Source: Squalus acanthias
Taxonomy: Eukaryota
NCBI GenBank assembly: GCA_030390025.1
Contig: CM059431.1
Location: 97,714,001-97,778,000 of the forward strand
DNA length: 64,000 nt
Direction: 5' to 3'
Part shown: piece by piece, positions 49,305 through 63,164 of the stretch
Position numbering within the stretch: the first letter of the stretch is position 1
Layout of the letters: each line of letters starts with the position of its first letter
The notes under the pieces: model-generated
Database searches by the model: none
Told to the model about the DNA's origin: nothing
Seen by the model: only the letters and a program-made list of their open reading frames with translations
Translations under genes and position numbers: made by a program

Positions 49305-51005
49305 GCAACAACAGCTTGTATTATTTAGTGCTTTTAACGTAGTAAAACGTCCCAAGGCGCTTCACAGGTGTATTATAAGACAAAAAATTTGACACCGAGC
49401 CACATAAGGAGAAATTGGGGCAGGTGACCAAAAGCTTGGTCAAAGAGGTAGGTTTTAAGGAGCGTCTTAAATGAGGAAAGAGAGGTAGCGAGGCGGAGAG
49501 GTTTAGGCAGGGAATTCCAGAGCTTAGGGTCTAGGCAACAGAAGGCACGGCCACCAATGGTTGAGCGATTATAATCAGGGATGCTCAAGAGGGCAGAATT
49601 AGAGGAGCGCAGATATCTCGGAGTGGGTTGGGGGGGGTGTGGAGTTTTAGGGCTTGAGGAGATTACAGAGATAGGGAGGGGCGAGGCCATGCAGGGATTT
49701 GAAAACAAGGATGAGAATTTTGAAATCGAGGCGTTGCTTAACCAGGGGCCAATGAAGGTCAGCGAGCACAGGGGTGATGGGTGAATGGGACTTGGTGCGA
49801 GTTAGGACATGGGCAGCTGCGTTTTGGATCACCTCAAGTTTGCGTAGGGTAGCATGTGGGAGGCCAGCCAGGAGTACGTTGGAATAGTCAAGTTTAGAGA
49901 TAACAAAGGCATAGATAAGGGTTTCAGCAGCAGATGAGCTGAGGCAAGGGTGGAGACGGGCGATGTTACGGAGGTGGAAATAGGGGGTCTTGGTTATGCT
50001 GTGGATATGTGGTCGGCAGCTCATTTCAGGGTCAAATATGACACCAAGGTTGCGAACAGTGTGGTTCAGCCTCAGACAGATGTTAGGGAGAGGGATGGAG
50101 TCAGTGGCTAGGGAACGGAGTTTGTGGCGGGGACCAAAAACAATGGCTTTGATCTTCCCAATATTTAATTGGAGAAAATTTCTGCTCATCCAGAACTGGA
50201 TGTCGGAAAAGCAGTCTGACAATTTAGAGACCGTGGAGGGGTCGAGAGAGGTGGTGGTGAGGTAGAGCTGGGTGTCATCAGCGTATCTGTGGAAACTGAT
50301 GCTGTGTTTTCAGATGATATTGCCAAGGGGTAACATGTAGATGAGAAATAGGAGGGGACCAAGGATAGATCCTTGGGGGACACCAGAGGTAACGATGCGG
50401 GAGCAGGAAGAGAAGCAGGTGATTCCCTGGCTATGATTAGATACAGTAGATAAGAATGGAACCAGGCGAGTGCAGTCCCACCCAGCTGGACGACGGTGGA
50501 GAGGCGTTGGAGAAGGATGGAGTGGTCAACTGTGTCAGAGGCTGCAGACATGTCGAGAAGGATGAGGAGGGATAGTTTACCTTTGTCACAGTCACAAAGG
50601 ATGTCATTTGTGACTTTGAGAACTGTTTCGGTAACCTGATTGGAGGGATTCAAACATGGAGTTGCGGGAAAGATGGGCATGGATTTGGGAGGCGACTACA
50701 CGTTCAAGGACTTTGGAGCGGAAAGGGAGGTTGGGGATGGGGCGGTAGTTTGCAAGGACGGAGGAGTCAAGGGTTGTTTTTTTGAGGAGAGGGGTGATGA
50801 CGGCAAATTTGAGGGAGACGGGGACAGTACCTGAGGAAAGAGAACTGTTAACAATCTCAGCTAACATGGGAGCCGGAAAAGGAAGTTGGGTGGTCAGCAT
50901 TTTGGTGGGAATCGGGTCGAGAGAGCAGGAAGTGGGTCTCATGGACAAGATGAGCGTGGAGAGGTCATGAGGGGAGATCGGAGAGATACTGGAGAAAGAT
51001 GTGAT
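49305..51005 (-). mobile_element. L2 LINE, decayed RT and 3' end
   Basis: ORFs 50604-51038, 50186-50680, 49647-50222, 49373-49708 (KLDYSN..HSPITPVLADLHW). Confidence 0.9.
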
Positions 51006-51774
51006 CTCCTTATGGTCAACTTGTACACCATTGTACACTATACAAATGTAACACTACTGGAGCGCTTAAGATCAGTAATTAATATAATGAACACTGCGAG
51101 GAGCCCTGGGGAAATCTACTGTTCACTGGTTCCCAATTTCGCCCCTTTCTGTTTTAACCAACCCTTTGCTCAGGTAGTTTCAACCAACACCCAGTCCATT
51201 TCTCAATTTCCCCAATATCGGCGTGGCATCTCTTTTTTCCCAAAGACTGTGTGGAATTATCAGGATGGGAGAAGGCGAACTAGATGGACCAAGGTCTTTG
51301 TTCGTCTAGCAGTTCCTGTGTCCCGATGAAGTGTCTCTTTCGCTGGATTTAAATTGGATGGCACCAACCTGAAGGCTGCTAATTCAGTCTCCCGCAGAAA
51401 GTGTGTTTTTGTGTAAAACCTCTTTGGATCAAATGGGTGCATGTCAACTTTTCGCCCAAATACTATCTCAATTATGTATTAAGCAGTATGCTGTTAAATC
51501 TGGGGTGAGAGATTGTCTGTCTGCGTTGCAGGGGTTGGGTTCCAGGCTACGTGTAGCACTCCACTGGATCTTGATCTGGATTCACCCTGTGCAGAGGACA
51601 CAGACTAAGATGCAATTTCCTGTTATTGCTGTGAGGCAGAGTAACCTTTTGCACTTTGATATTCGATTTAATCAAACTCCGTGGGTGACTCCATCTTCAT
51701 AAGGGCAAAACATTCTCGAATCCGTGCTGTGTTTTCAGCTTGTCAGTCACCACTCTATTCTTTGCGTGTTGGGA

Positions 51775-52142
51775 GAGAATTTAAGGGTTAATTTACTTGA
51801 GGTGTTTAAGATGATTAAAGGGCAGATAGAGAGAAACTATTTCCTCTGGTGGGGAAGTCTAGAACAAGGGGACATAACCTTTAAATTAAGAGCTAGGCCA
51901 TTCAGGGGTGATGTCAGGAATCACTTCTTTACACAAAGTGGAAATCTGGAACTCAATCCCCCAAAAAGCTGTTGAGGCTGGGGGTCAGTTGAGAATTTCA
52001 AAACTGAGACTGATAGATTTTTGTTAAGCAAGGCTATTAAGTTACAGAACCAAAATGGGTAGATAGAGGTAAGCTACAGATCAGCCATTATCTAATTGAA
52101 TGGCCGAACAGACTTGAGGGGCTGAATGGTCTACTCCTGTTC
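51775..52142 (+). mobile_element. Old CR1 3' fragment
   Basis: Similar to 11121-11490. Confidence 0.75.
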
Positions 52143-52998
52143 CAGTGCAGTGCTGAGGGAGCGCTGCACTGTCGGAGGGGCAGTACTGAGGGAGCGCTGC
52201 ACTGTCGGAGGGGCAGTACTGAGGCAGCGCCGCACTGTCGGAGGGGCAGTACTGAGGGAGCGCTGCACTGGCGGAGGGGCAGTACTGAGGGAGTGCTGCA
52301 CTGTCGGAGGGTCAGTACTGAGGGAGCGCTGCACTGTCGGAGGGGCAGTACTGAGGGAGCGCTGCACTGTCGGAGGGGCAGTACTGAGGGAGCGCCGCAC
52401 TGTCGGAGGGGCAGTACTGAGGGAGCGCTGCACTGTCGGAGGGGCAGTACTGAGGGAGCGCCGCACTGTCGGAGGGGCAGTACTGAGGGAGCGCCGCACT
52501 GTCGGAGGGGCAGTACTGAGGGAGCGCCGCACTGTCGGAGGGGCAGTACTGAGGGAGCGCTGCACTGTTGGAGGGGCAGTACTGAGGGAGCGCCGCACTG
52601 TCGGAGGGGCAGTACTGAGGGAGCGCCGCACTGTCGGAGGGGCAGTACTGAGGGAGTGCTGCACTGTTGGAGGTCTTTTGGATGAGACGTTAAAGCGAGA
52701 CCCCATCTACCTTCTCAGGTGGACGTAAAAGATCCCATGGCACTATTCTAAGAAGAGCGTAGGAGTTCTCCCCGGTTGGTGTGCTGGCCAATATTTAGCC
52801 ATCAACCAACATTACTGAAGAAAACAGATTATCTGGTCATTATCACATTGCTGTTTGTGGGAGCTTGCTGTGTGCAAATTGGCTGCTGCATTTCCTACAT
52901 TACAACAGTGACTCCACTTAAAGTACTTCACTGGCTGTAAAGCACTTTGGGAAGTCCTGAGGCCGTGAAAGGCGCTGTAGAAATGCAAGTCTTTTTTC
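52143..52998 (+). mobile_element. Headless Deu-type SINE with 33-bp minisatellite (about 52146-52673)
   Basis: Array, then GATGAGACGTTAAA core and L2-like tail. Confidence 0.85.
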
Positions 52999-53877
52999 TA
53001 ATGTTCCTAACATGAGATGTAGTGAGTGTCTTATGTGAAATCCACAAAGGAAGTTGGCATGTTTAGGGTTAATTGGTGGAGCTCGGCTGTTCAATTTAGA
53101 GTGGCAGAGAGTAAGAGCGACCAGTTTCCAATCATTTGGGACACGCTCTGGTGACAAATATTGTTGGGCTGTTGAGGAATAGGTGCTAGAAAAGGCCATA
53201 CCAAAGTGAAATAAACTTTTCCCTCCAACTAAAAACGCCGTTAAAAGTTGAAATAAAGTTGTCTGCAGCGATGCCAGGAGCACACGGCCGGAAACTGGAA
53301 GCCAAAAGAAAGTCTGGAACATGAAACGGCCAGAGAGAGCATTCTAGTCAGAGCAGGAGACGAAAGAAAGACTTTCTATAGCGCTTTACAGCCAGTTAAG
53401 TACTTTTGAAGTAGTCACTGCTGTAATGTACTTTTTTTCTGCACTGTTTAGAAGTCCTTAAGCTGCAATCTGAAAAGGAGCAGGGTAAAGTGACAGGAGC
53501 CAAGGGACCGAGGCAAAGTAAAGAAGGTGCATTCGAATGGGCCAAGTGGGTGGCGGCATCTAATAACCAGATGAGTGAGGCTGCTGTGATCTGGTACAAC
53601 ACGTTTGGTACTTCCGACCTGATGCATAAATGTTAAGGGGTGTACGTAGAAGGATATTTGAATTGCGAACAGGCCAAAACAAATGGGTGCGAAGAGCATT
53701 GGCAGAAAACTGGTACAGTCACTCTGTGAAAGCACTTTCTGCATTCTCTCGTGTAGATTCTGATTACAACCCAGTAGAACATGCAATTCCTGACTCTGCC
53801 GATCTCACATTAAAAGCTAATAGGTGTAATGACCACCTTGAACAAGATAAAGCCCAGCCATCACCATGCTCCCTACT

Positions 53878-54945
53878 CTTCTTCTTAGGCAGGCCCTCGG
53901 AACCGAGGATGACTTGCTTCCACATTAAAAATGAGTTCGCAGGTGACTGATGAGTCCAATGCGGGACCTACAGTCTCTGTCACAGGTGGGGCGGGTGGGT
54001 GGGGTGCTTGGGTTGACGTGCACTCCTTGCGCTGCCTGCGCTTGGCTTCCGCTTGCTCCCGGTGAAGAGACTCGAGGTGTTTGGCGCCTTCCCGGATGCT
54101 TCTCCTCCACTTTGTGCGGTCTTGGGCCAGGGATTCCCAGGTGTCGGTGGGGATGTTACACTTTTTCAAGGAGGCTTTGAGGGTGTCCTTGAAGCATTTC
54201 CTCTGCCCACCCGGGGCTCTCTTGCCGTGCCGAAGCTCCGAGTAGAGCGCTTGTTTTGGGAGTCTCGTATCGGGCATGCAGACAATGTGACCCGTCCATC
54301 GGAGCTGATCGAGCGTGTTCAAAGCTTCGATGCTGGGGATGTTGGCCTGAGCAAGAACACTGACATTGGTGCGCCTAGCCTGCCAATGGATTTGCAGGAT
54401 CTTGCGGAGGCAGCGTTGGTGGTACCTCTCCAGTGCTTTGAGGTGCCTGCTGTACATGGTACATGTCTCTGAGGCATGCAGCAGGGCGGGTATCACTACT
54501 GGTCTGTAGACCATGAGTTTAGTGCCGGGTTTGAGGTCCTGGTCTTCAAACACTCTCTTCCTCAGGCGACCGAAGGCTGCACTGGCACACTGGAGGCGGT
54601 GTTGGACTTCGTCATCGACGTCTGCCCTTGTTGACAGTAGGCTCCCGAGGTATGGAAAGTGGTCCACGTTGTCCAAGGCCTTGTCGTGGATTTTGATAAT
54701 CGGGGGGGCAGTACTGTGGTGCGGGGGCAGGTTGGTAGAGGACCTTTGTCTTACAGATGTTTAGTGTAAGGCCCATGCTCTCGTACGCTTCGGTGAAGGT
54801 GTTGACGATGGTTTGGAGTTCGACCTCCGAGTGAGCGCAGACGCAAGCGTCGTCTGCATACTGTAATTCGACGACAGAGGATGGGACGACCTTGGATCTG
54901 GACTGGAGGCGACGGAGGTTGAACAGTTTCCTGTTTGTTCTGTAA
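53878..54945 (-). mobile_element. RTE-clade LINE, 5'-truncated, inside a decayed Crack-like fragment
   Basis: LQYADDACV; ORF 53885-54676; (GAA)n tail; 18-bp TSD ATCACCATGCTCCCTACT at 53860-53877 and 54946-54963. Confidence 0.92.
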
Positions 54946-56189
54946 ATCACCATGCTCCCTACTATCAACACCATGGCTACCAGAGCAGGGCAGAGGCTGG
55001 GTTCTCTGCGGCGAGTGGCTCACCTCCTGACCCCTCAAAGCCTCTCCACCATCTACAAGGCTCAAGTCAGGAATGTGATGCACCACTCACCTGGATGGTG
55101 CACCCACAACAACACTCGAAGCTCGACACCATCCAGGACAGAGCAGTTGGCTTGATCAGTGCCCCTCTTGCTGGACTTGAGTCCACCCCACCCACTGCAC
55201 TGTGGCTACAATATGTACAATCTACAGGATGCTCTGTAGCCACTCGGCAAGGTTATTTTGACAGCACTTTTATCCTGCGCAGGTTAGCTAATACAAAGTC
55301 TTTCTGAAATGGGGATGGGTTTTCCTCACTCAGTGAGCAAATTAAAAGTGTGTTTTATAGCTGTCTGGATTGATGTGGCTCAGTGTCACCTAGTCAGCTG
55401 AATGCTTTGTGGATTATGTATGTATTAAGTGGAATGCTGTTAAAGTCTGAACTAGGCTGAGAGGCAGTCTGTCCTGCTGTGAGATATGATGCCGCACAAT
55501 GTGTGACCTTGTCCACCACGGGTGGAAAAAATGAGGGCACACTTTCCAGTTACTGTAAGACCAAATAGCGTGAACCTCGTAGGTGAGCTCCATCTTCAAA
55601 GCTTGAAATAATGCTGCATTTCCAGATTGTCAGTAACTTTCTGTGGCTCTGTAACAAAACCTCCCCTCTGTACATTCCCACCCAGGGAAGCATCATGGAA
55701 GCTGCTGTCTATTGTTTATTTCTGCTTGAAACTTAAAAAAAAAGGTACAAATTAACCTGTTGTGGACTACTTCCACATCTCTAGTATTACGAGCAGATCT
55801 TCAGTAGCATTGCATGTGGTGAATGGGATGGTATAATACGTGATAACTAATAAGGGCGTTATCAACAAAGTTCAATGGGAAAGTAACAGGAAGTAAGAGT
55901 GAGGGACTGCTTGTCTGCAGGGTTTTAATATATTACTAGGAACTCTCCCTTGCCGTTGATGACCGTGAATCAGAAAATGCAGATTTTTATAACAAGGACG
56001 TTGTCTGTGTACAGTACAATATATTAGGGCCACTGATGAATAGTACTGAATACTTCAAATAACCTTTTCATTCAATGCATTTTTAGGATTTTTATGCTTT
56101 GGGGATTTAATTTTGTGATTGTCTATTCTGTGAAAATATTGTTTTTCTAAAAAGTACGCTTTGGGTTTTGTGGTTTTCTCTCAGAATTG

Positions 56190-57165
56190 GAAAAGAAAAG
56201 AAAGACTTGCATTTCTACAGCGCCTTTCACGACCACCAGACTTCTCAAAGCGCTTTACATCCAATGAAGTAATTTTGAAGTGTAGTCACTGTTGTAATGT
56301 AGGAAACACGGCAGCTAATTGCGCACAGCAAACTCCCACAAACAGCAATGTGATAATGACCAGATAATCTGTGATGTTGGTTGAGGGATAAATATTGGCC
56401 AGGACACCGGGGAGAACTCCCCTGCTCTTCTTCGAAATAGTGCCATGGGACCTTTTACATCCACCTCAGAGAGCAGACGGGGCCTCGCTTTTAATGTCAC
56501 ATCCGAAAGACGGCACCTCCGACAGTACAGCGCTCCCTCAGTACTGCCCCTCTGACAGTACAGCGCTCCCTCAGTACTGCCCCTCCGACAGTGCAGCGCT
56601 CCCTCAGTACTGCCCCTCCGACAGTGCAGCGCTCCCTCAGTACTGCCCCTCTGACAGTACTGCACTCCCTCAGTACTGCCCCTCTGACAGTACTGCACTC
56701 CCTCAGTACTGCCCCTCCGACAGTGCAGCGCTCCCTCAGTACTGCCCCTCTGACAGTACAGCTCCCTCAGTACTGCCCCTCCCTCAGTACTGCCCCTCTG
56801 ACAGTAGAGCACTCCCTCAGTACTGCCTGTCCGACAGTACAGGTCCCTCAGTACTGCCCCTCCCTCAGTACTGCCCCTCCGACAGTACAGCGCTCCCTCA
56901 GTACTGCCCCTCTGACAGTACAGCTCCCTCAGTACTGCCCCTCCCTCAGTACTGCCCCTCTGACAGTAGAGCACTCCCTCAGTACTGCCTGTCCGACAGT
57001 ACAGGTCCCTCAGTACTGCCCCTCCCTCAGTACTGCCCCTCCGACAGTACAGCGCTCCCTCAGTACTGCCCCTCCCTCAGTACTGCCCCTCCGACAGTGC
57101 AGCGCTCCCTCAGTACTGCCCCTCCCTCAGTACTGCCCCTCCGACAGTGCAGCGATCCCTCAGTA
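56190..57165 (-). mobile_element. Headless Deu-type SINE with minisatellite and higher-order repeat (56517-57165)
   Basis: Same body and tail as 25752-26100; variant units. Confidence 0.85.
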
Positions 57166-57556
57166 GAGACAAATTTATTAATCAAATAAAAGCAGCGACC
57201 GTTCAATGTAACGGCTTCCTCCAAAATTTATTAGATTGAATAACAGCAGCGACCATTTAATCCAATGGGCTTACCCCAATATTTATTAACTAAATGGAGA
57301 CTGCTGTTATTTTAATTAATGGTTTTCCCCCAAAACTTATTAATTAATAAAAAGAAGCAGTTGTTTATGTCAGCAGTCAGGTAGGCCACTTAGAAGCAGC
57401 GGAAACAACCTGTGAGTCAATTAATTAAATAAAATAACGAGAAACGGCCACTGGGTTCTCCCCATCGATTAGTAAATAAAAGATCCTGCAGGCTGCTTTT
57501 CCTGCAGACTGGTTAATGCAGTAAAAGCGGTTTTTGCTTCTTCCGACAAAGTTTAA

Positions 57557-57920
57557 AAGAATCATAGAATCGTACAGCTCAGAGGGAAGCCATTCGGCCC
57601 ATCGTGCCTGTGCCAGCACTTTGAAAGAGGTATCCAATTAGCCCCCCCCCCCACTCTTTCCTCATAGCCCTGCAAATTTTTCCTTCAAGTATATATCGAA
57701 TTCCCTTTTGAAAGTTACTATTGAATGTTCTTGTATTGAATCTGCTTCCACCGCCCTTTCAGGCAGCGCATTCCAGATCATCATAACTCGCTGCATAAAA
57801 CAATTTCTCATCTTCCTTCTGGTTCTTTTGTCAATTATCTAAATCTGTGTCCTCTGGTTACCCACCCTCCTGCCACTGGAAACTGTTTCTTCCTATCTAA
57901 CCTATCAAAACTCCTCATAA
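57557..57920 (-). mobile_element. Decayed CR1 3' fragment
   Basis: AGAATCATAGAATC tail and RT C-terminal similarity. Confidence 0.7.
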
Positions 57921-58107
57921 AAGAAGAATTATACCAAGAAAAAGAGCTTTAAAGTCTTTCAGCATGGCAATTGGCCACATGGGTAGAATAGGCTAATGAG
58001 AAATTACAATATTGGGGGTGAGGGGAACAGCTGAAAAGTGTCAACAGTTGAGGAAGGACGTCCGATGAAAACTGCTGCATCCCAGGTCTGACAAAATCGG
58101 GACACAA

Positions 58108-58231
58108 GAAGTAGGGGTGACAAGCCGGAAGTAGGGGTGACGAGCAGGAAGTAGGGGTGACGAGCAGGAAGTAGGGATGACGAGCCGGAAGTAGGGGTGA
58201 CGAGCAGGAAGTAGGGGTGACGAGCCGGAAG
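58108..58231. repeat. 20-bp tandem repeat, 6 copies (GTAGGGGTGACGAGC[A/C]GGAA)
   Basis: Units start at 58111, 58131, 58151, 58171, 58191, 58211. Confidence 0.95.
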
Positions 58232-59144
58232 CGTGTGCAAGACACACGACTTTTAATCTGTACCAGTCGATCTCGCGTGATGTTGCACACAGGAATCTGA
58301 GACACAGCGCGGTGTTCAGGTGGAGCGGGATTAGAGGGTGGAGGATAATTATATCCAGGAGTGGGTGGGGAGAGAGAGGAAGATGATGTGTGAACGGCGG
58401 AAGGGGACTGGAGTATGTGGGAGCAAAGGCTGAGACAGTATATCATTTGTGTGGGCAATTCCTTTCCCCTTTTCCCATCCCCTCCCTTCACCAAGCACAG
58501 AGCTTGAGTTCAGCAGCAGTGTGGGGAGCGTTGCAGTGATCTCCCCTTCCTTCCTGCAGGGGTGGATTTCCTTCACCACAGGGTGGGGCGGCGGGGGTGG
58601 TGCTGTCCACTGCGATGCACCAGACTCAGTATATCCTCTCGGTGCGAGATAGTGTTGGCCAGAGGGCCCGTTTGCTGCTCTTTGGGTTGGGATTGGGCCA
58701 GGGGATGCAGACCCCACTCCAGCACACAAACTGACACACAAATATACAGTCACGGGAGATCCACTTTTAATATATTAACATTCTTACACTGGCTGTGCAC
58801 GCCATTTGAAAACTGCAATGTAAACATTTCCTTATGAGGCATCCTATATTAAGATGGCCACACTTGCCTGTTGCATTTCCTTGTGATGCCTGTAGGCAGC
58901 GCTGTAATAGGAGTTTTGGTGTTATTTTCTGACTTGTCTGTCACGTCACGCTTGGTCCTGGAGCTTGTCGCAGCTTCTCTTGCTCCATCTGCTGGGTGGT
59001 TGTTGTAATTCATTTTAATTTTTAAAATTTAAATTTTAGTAAATTGTGGGCTCCCAGTGGTTCTTGCCACCTGCCCTGGCCAGTCCTGCTCTGAAACATT
59101 TAGTCTGATCTGTTGGCAGTGAATCTGAACAAGAGTCCAGCAAT

Positions 59145-62065
59145 CCCAGTCAACTCTGCAGAGTGCTCCTCACTAACATCTGTGGACTGGTGCCTGAATT
59201 TGGGAGAGCTGTCCCACAGACAAGTCAAGCAATAGTCTGATATAGTTGTATCCATCACTGACCCTGAGTAGGTCCTGCCCCACCTACAGGATAGACTCGC
59301 CAGAGCGGTGCCATAGTCGGGTGGAACTGGTCCAGGAGTCCTCCACATTGACGTGGACCCCATCACGTCCCATGGCTTCAGTTTAAATAAGGCCAAGGAA
59401 ACCTGCTGATTGCCACCTACTCCCTCCCACTCCGCTGACCACCACTGGAGAAGCAAAGGCCCAGAAACAACTCTGGGTTGGGAACTTCAAAGTCCACTGC
59501 TTGGAGTGGCTTGATCGTACCACAACTGACCACAACTCTGACTGAGGGGGAGAGTTGCCAGACTCTGGATGCTTCAGATGGTGAGGAAGTAATCTACTTG
59601 ATCTCGCCAACCTACCTGGAACAGATGGGTCTGTTTACAGTAACACTGGTGGGAGCGACCACTGGGTAGTCCTAGTGAAAGCAAAGTCTCGCCTCCACAG
59701 TGAGGACACCCTCTATTGCGTAATGTAGCTTTACTGCCCTGCTAAGTGGGACAGGCTAAGGATAAATCTAGCAGCCCAAAACTGGACCGCCATGAGGTCT
59801 GTGGGACATCAGCAGCAGCAGAATAATAGAACACCACAATGTGTAGCATCATGGCCTGACACACCCCTCACTCCTCCAACACAACGACCATTCAATGGGG
59901 AGTGTAGAAGGGCATATCAGGACCAGAACCAACCATACCTTCAGTTAGGCAGAAATCATAGAAATTTACAGCACAGAAGGAGGCCATTTGGCCCATCTTG
60001 TCTGTGCCGGCTGACAAAGAGCTATCCAGCCTAATCCCACTTTCCAGCACTCGGTCCGTATCCTTGTAGGTTACGGCACTTCAAGTGCATATCCAAGTAC
60101 TTTTTAAATGTGATGATGGTTTCTGCCTCTACCACCCTTTCAAGCAGTGAGTTCCAGACCCCCACCACCCTCTGGGTGAAAACATTTCTCCTCAAATCCC
60201 CTCTAAACCTCCTACCAGTTACTTTAAATCTATGCCCCCTGGTTATCGACCCCTCTGCTGAGGGAAATAGGTCCTTCCTATCCACTCTATCTCGGCCCCT
60301 CATAATTTTATACACCTCAATTAAGTCTCCCCTCAGCCTCCTCCGTTCCAAAGAAAACAATCCCAGCCTATCCAATCTTTCCTCGTAGCTAAAATTCCCC
60401 AGCCCAGGCAACATCCTCGTAAATCTCCTCTGTACCCCCTCTAGTGCAATCACATCTTTCCTGTAATGTGGTGACCAGAACTGCACGCAGTATTCTAGTT
60501 GTGGCCCAACTCGTGTTTTATACAGTTCAAGCATAACCTCCCTGCTCTTATATTCTATGCCTCGGCTAATAAAGGCAAGTATCCCGTATGCCTTCTTAAC
60601 CACCTTATCTACCTGTCCTGCTACCTTCAGGGATCTATGGACATGTACGCCAAGGTCCCTCTGATCCTCTGCACTTCTCTGTCCTACCATTTAAAGTGTA
60701 TTCCCTTGCCTTGTTAGCCCTCCCCAAATGCATTACCTCACACTTCTCCGGATTGAGTTCCAATTGTCACTGTTCTGCCCACCTGACCAGTCCATTGATA
60801 TCTTCCTGCAGTCTGCAGCTTTCTTCATTATCAACTACACGGCCAATTTTTGTATCATCTGCAAATTTCTTAATCATACTTCCTACATTCCAGTCCAAAT
60901 CATTGATATATACCATAAAAAGCAAACCTAGTGAAACTACAACGCAAGGCTCCCTGCAACGCTAAACACCAAAAGGAGTTAAGCGTTCCCATAACCAACA
61001 GATTCGAGCAGTTGAGAATGGTGACGGACGTTCAGGCAACTAACAGGAGCCAACTGACATGAAACTCCCAGCCTCAACCACGGAAAACGAGTGTGTGAGC
61101 GCCAGAGACATAGCTAAAATGTGGATGTGCCTACCAAGCCTCCTCCTGAGGTCCCCAGCTTCGTAGATTCTGGTGTCCAGTCAATTTGGTTCACTTCAGA
61201 CGACATCAAGAAGCGGCTGAGTACCCCAGTCACAGCAAATCTCCAATAACATCCTAGCTGTGGTGCTGAGACCATGCGCACCAGAACTAGCCATCCCCCC
61301 CCCCCTCCAGCAAGCTGAGCTACTTCAATGCAGCTATGATGCTGGTATTTACCTGGCAATGTGGAAAGTTCCCAGGATTATCTTATCCACAAGAAATAGG
61401 ACAAATCTAACTTGGCCAATTGCTTCCCAATCATCCGTAAAGTGATAGAAGTCATCAGTAGTACCATCAAGTGACATCTGCTCTCCTAAAACCTGCACAC
61501 CAACACTCAGTTTGGATTCTGGCAGAACTGCTTGGTTCCAGACATGGACTTGACCGCTGAATGCCAGAGAAGTGGTGAGAGTAGCTGCCCTTGACATCGG
61601 GGCAGCATCCGACCAATTATGACCCCCAGTAAAACTTAAGGTTAACGGGGAAACCTTCCAGTGGCTGGAGAAAGATGGTCGTTGGTGTCAGAGGCCAGTC
61701 ATGACTGAGCTCACTGTCCACCCCTTCCATCACCGGCACACTATGGCTGCAGTATGTACAATCCACGGGATGTGCTGCAGCAACTTGCTAAGCTTACTTC
61801 AACACACCTCCCAGCCCGATTACCTTCAGCAACCTGAAGGACAAGAGCAGCATTGCCGTGGGGACACTATCACCACTAGGTTCCGCTCCAAGTTGCACAC
61901 CATTGTACCTTGGACAACTACTGTTGGTCCTTCACTGTCGCTGGGTCAAAATCCTGGAATTCTCTACTTAACATCATTGTGGGAGTAACGTCACCACACG
62001 GACTGCAGAGGTTTAAGGAGAAGGGCCATCAGTAGTGATGGGCAATAACCCACATCCCAACAACA
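59145..62065 (+). mobile_element. Heavily decayed Crack/Daphne-like LINE split by a CR1
   Basis: Patchy colinear similarity to 21350-23860. Confidence 0.65.
59952..60925 (-). mobile_element. CR1 3' fragment
   Basis: ORF 60031-60690, RT C-terminus. Confidence 0.88.
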
Positions 62066-63164
62066 AACTACATCCCCCTCCTGCTGCTGAAGCTGACACT
62101 ATATCTCGCACATCTTTAACCCATTCCTGCCTGCCCCACTCGTACCCCGTCCTACTTTCTCCTCACACTGGTCCAACTCCCACTCCTTGCCCCAGCCTCC
62201 ATCCGTAACACTCACCTCCCAATGACTGCTCCTCTCTCATCTCCAACGAGCACATCCCTCTCGGCATCGCAGACCTCTGCCATCTTTACCTGCCCTATTA
62301 TCACTCTCCCCATGCAAGTCAAAATTTAAACCTTACACGTCAACAACTCTGATACCACCAACAGTCATCGCAACACAAAAAAGAGAGACAAGCATAAAAT
62401 GAATAAACAAAGCACTATAACAAAGCACCACAGTTATCTCTTCACCCATAAATACATGCACCTGTACGTCACCATCATATTATTACATTCTCCATTGCCT
62501 CATATTGCATCCCTCTTTTAAAACATCTTGTACTCTGACTAGTTATGATTAATGCCATAGGAGATCTGCTAGTATTATGCTGCACTCTTCCTGTTGTCAT
62601 GGTTTTGATAACACTTTTATGTAAACTTTTTTCCCATTCTAATTTTGGTATGTCAACATGTCCCAGTTAATTTTGCTACATAACTGTCATTGGCCACTAG
62701 GAGCCCCATTGGGCAAAGTCTTTCTCCAACTCTGCCATCTTATTCTTACATTTCATTCTTAAAATTTTGAGTTGCAGGCAAGTTGTAACCTTTTATAAAA
62801 ATATTTAAACTTTTAATTTCTCTGGTCTTCTCCTATTCCTTCCATATCCCGACATTCCTAACGCCCATCTGGCTGGAGCCGGTTACGTCCTAAATGCCGG
62901 CCAACATCCTCGGCCTTCCCCAAACAGCCCTTTGCCTCCATGTTTTGAATTTTGTGTTCCTGTCCGCTATTTCCCATCCTGAACCTTCCTCTCTCCTCTC
63001 TGGCCCATTCTTCCCATCTCCCTGTATACTTTGCCTTCCCCAAGCAGCCCCGTGCTCCCCTCTTTTCTGTTACCGCTCCCTGCTCTAAACTCTGCCTCTG
63101 TCACTTCTGGGACCCTCAGCTGTTTGTGCCGCACCAGCCGGCTGACCTTGGACCTGCCAGCCCT

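Noticed and set aside
62590..62615. VVMVLIT peptide resembling CARS2 exon 3
   Set aside because: Lacks the flanking SYVRFD and DVDDKII residues and convincing splice sites
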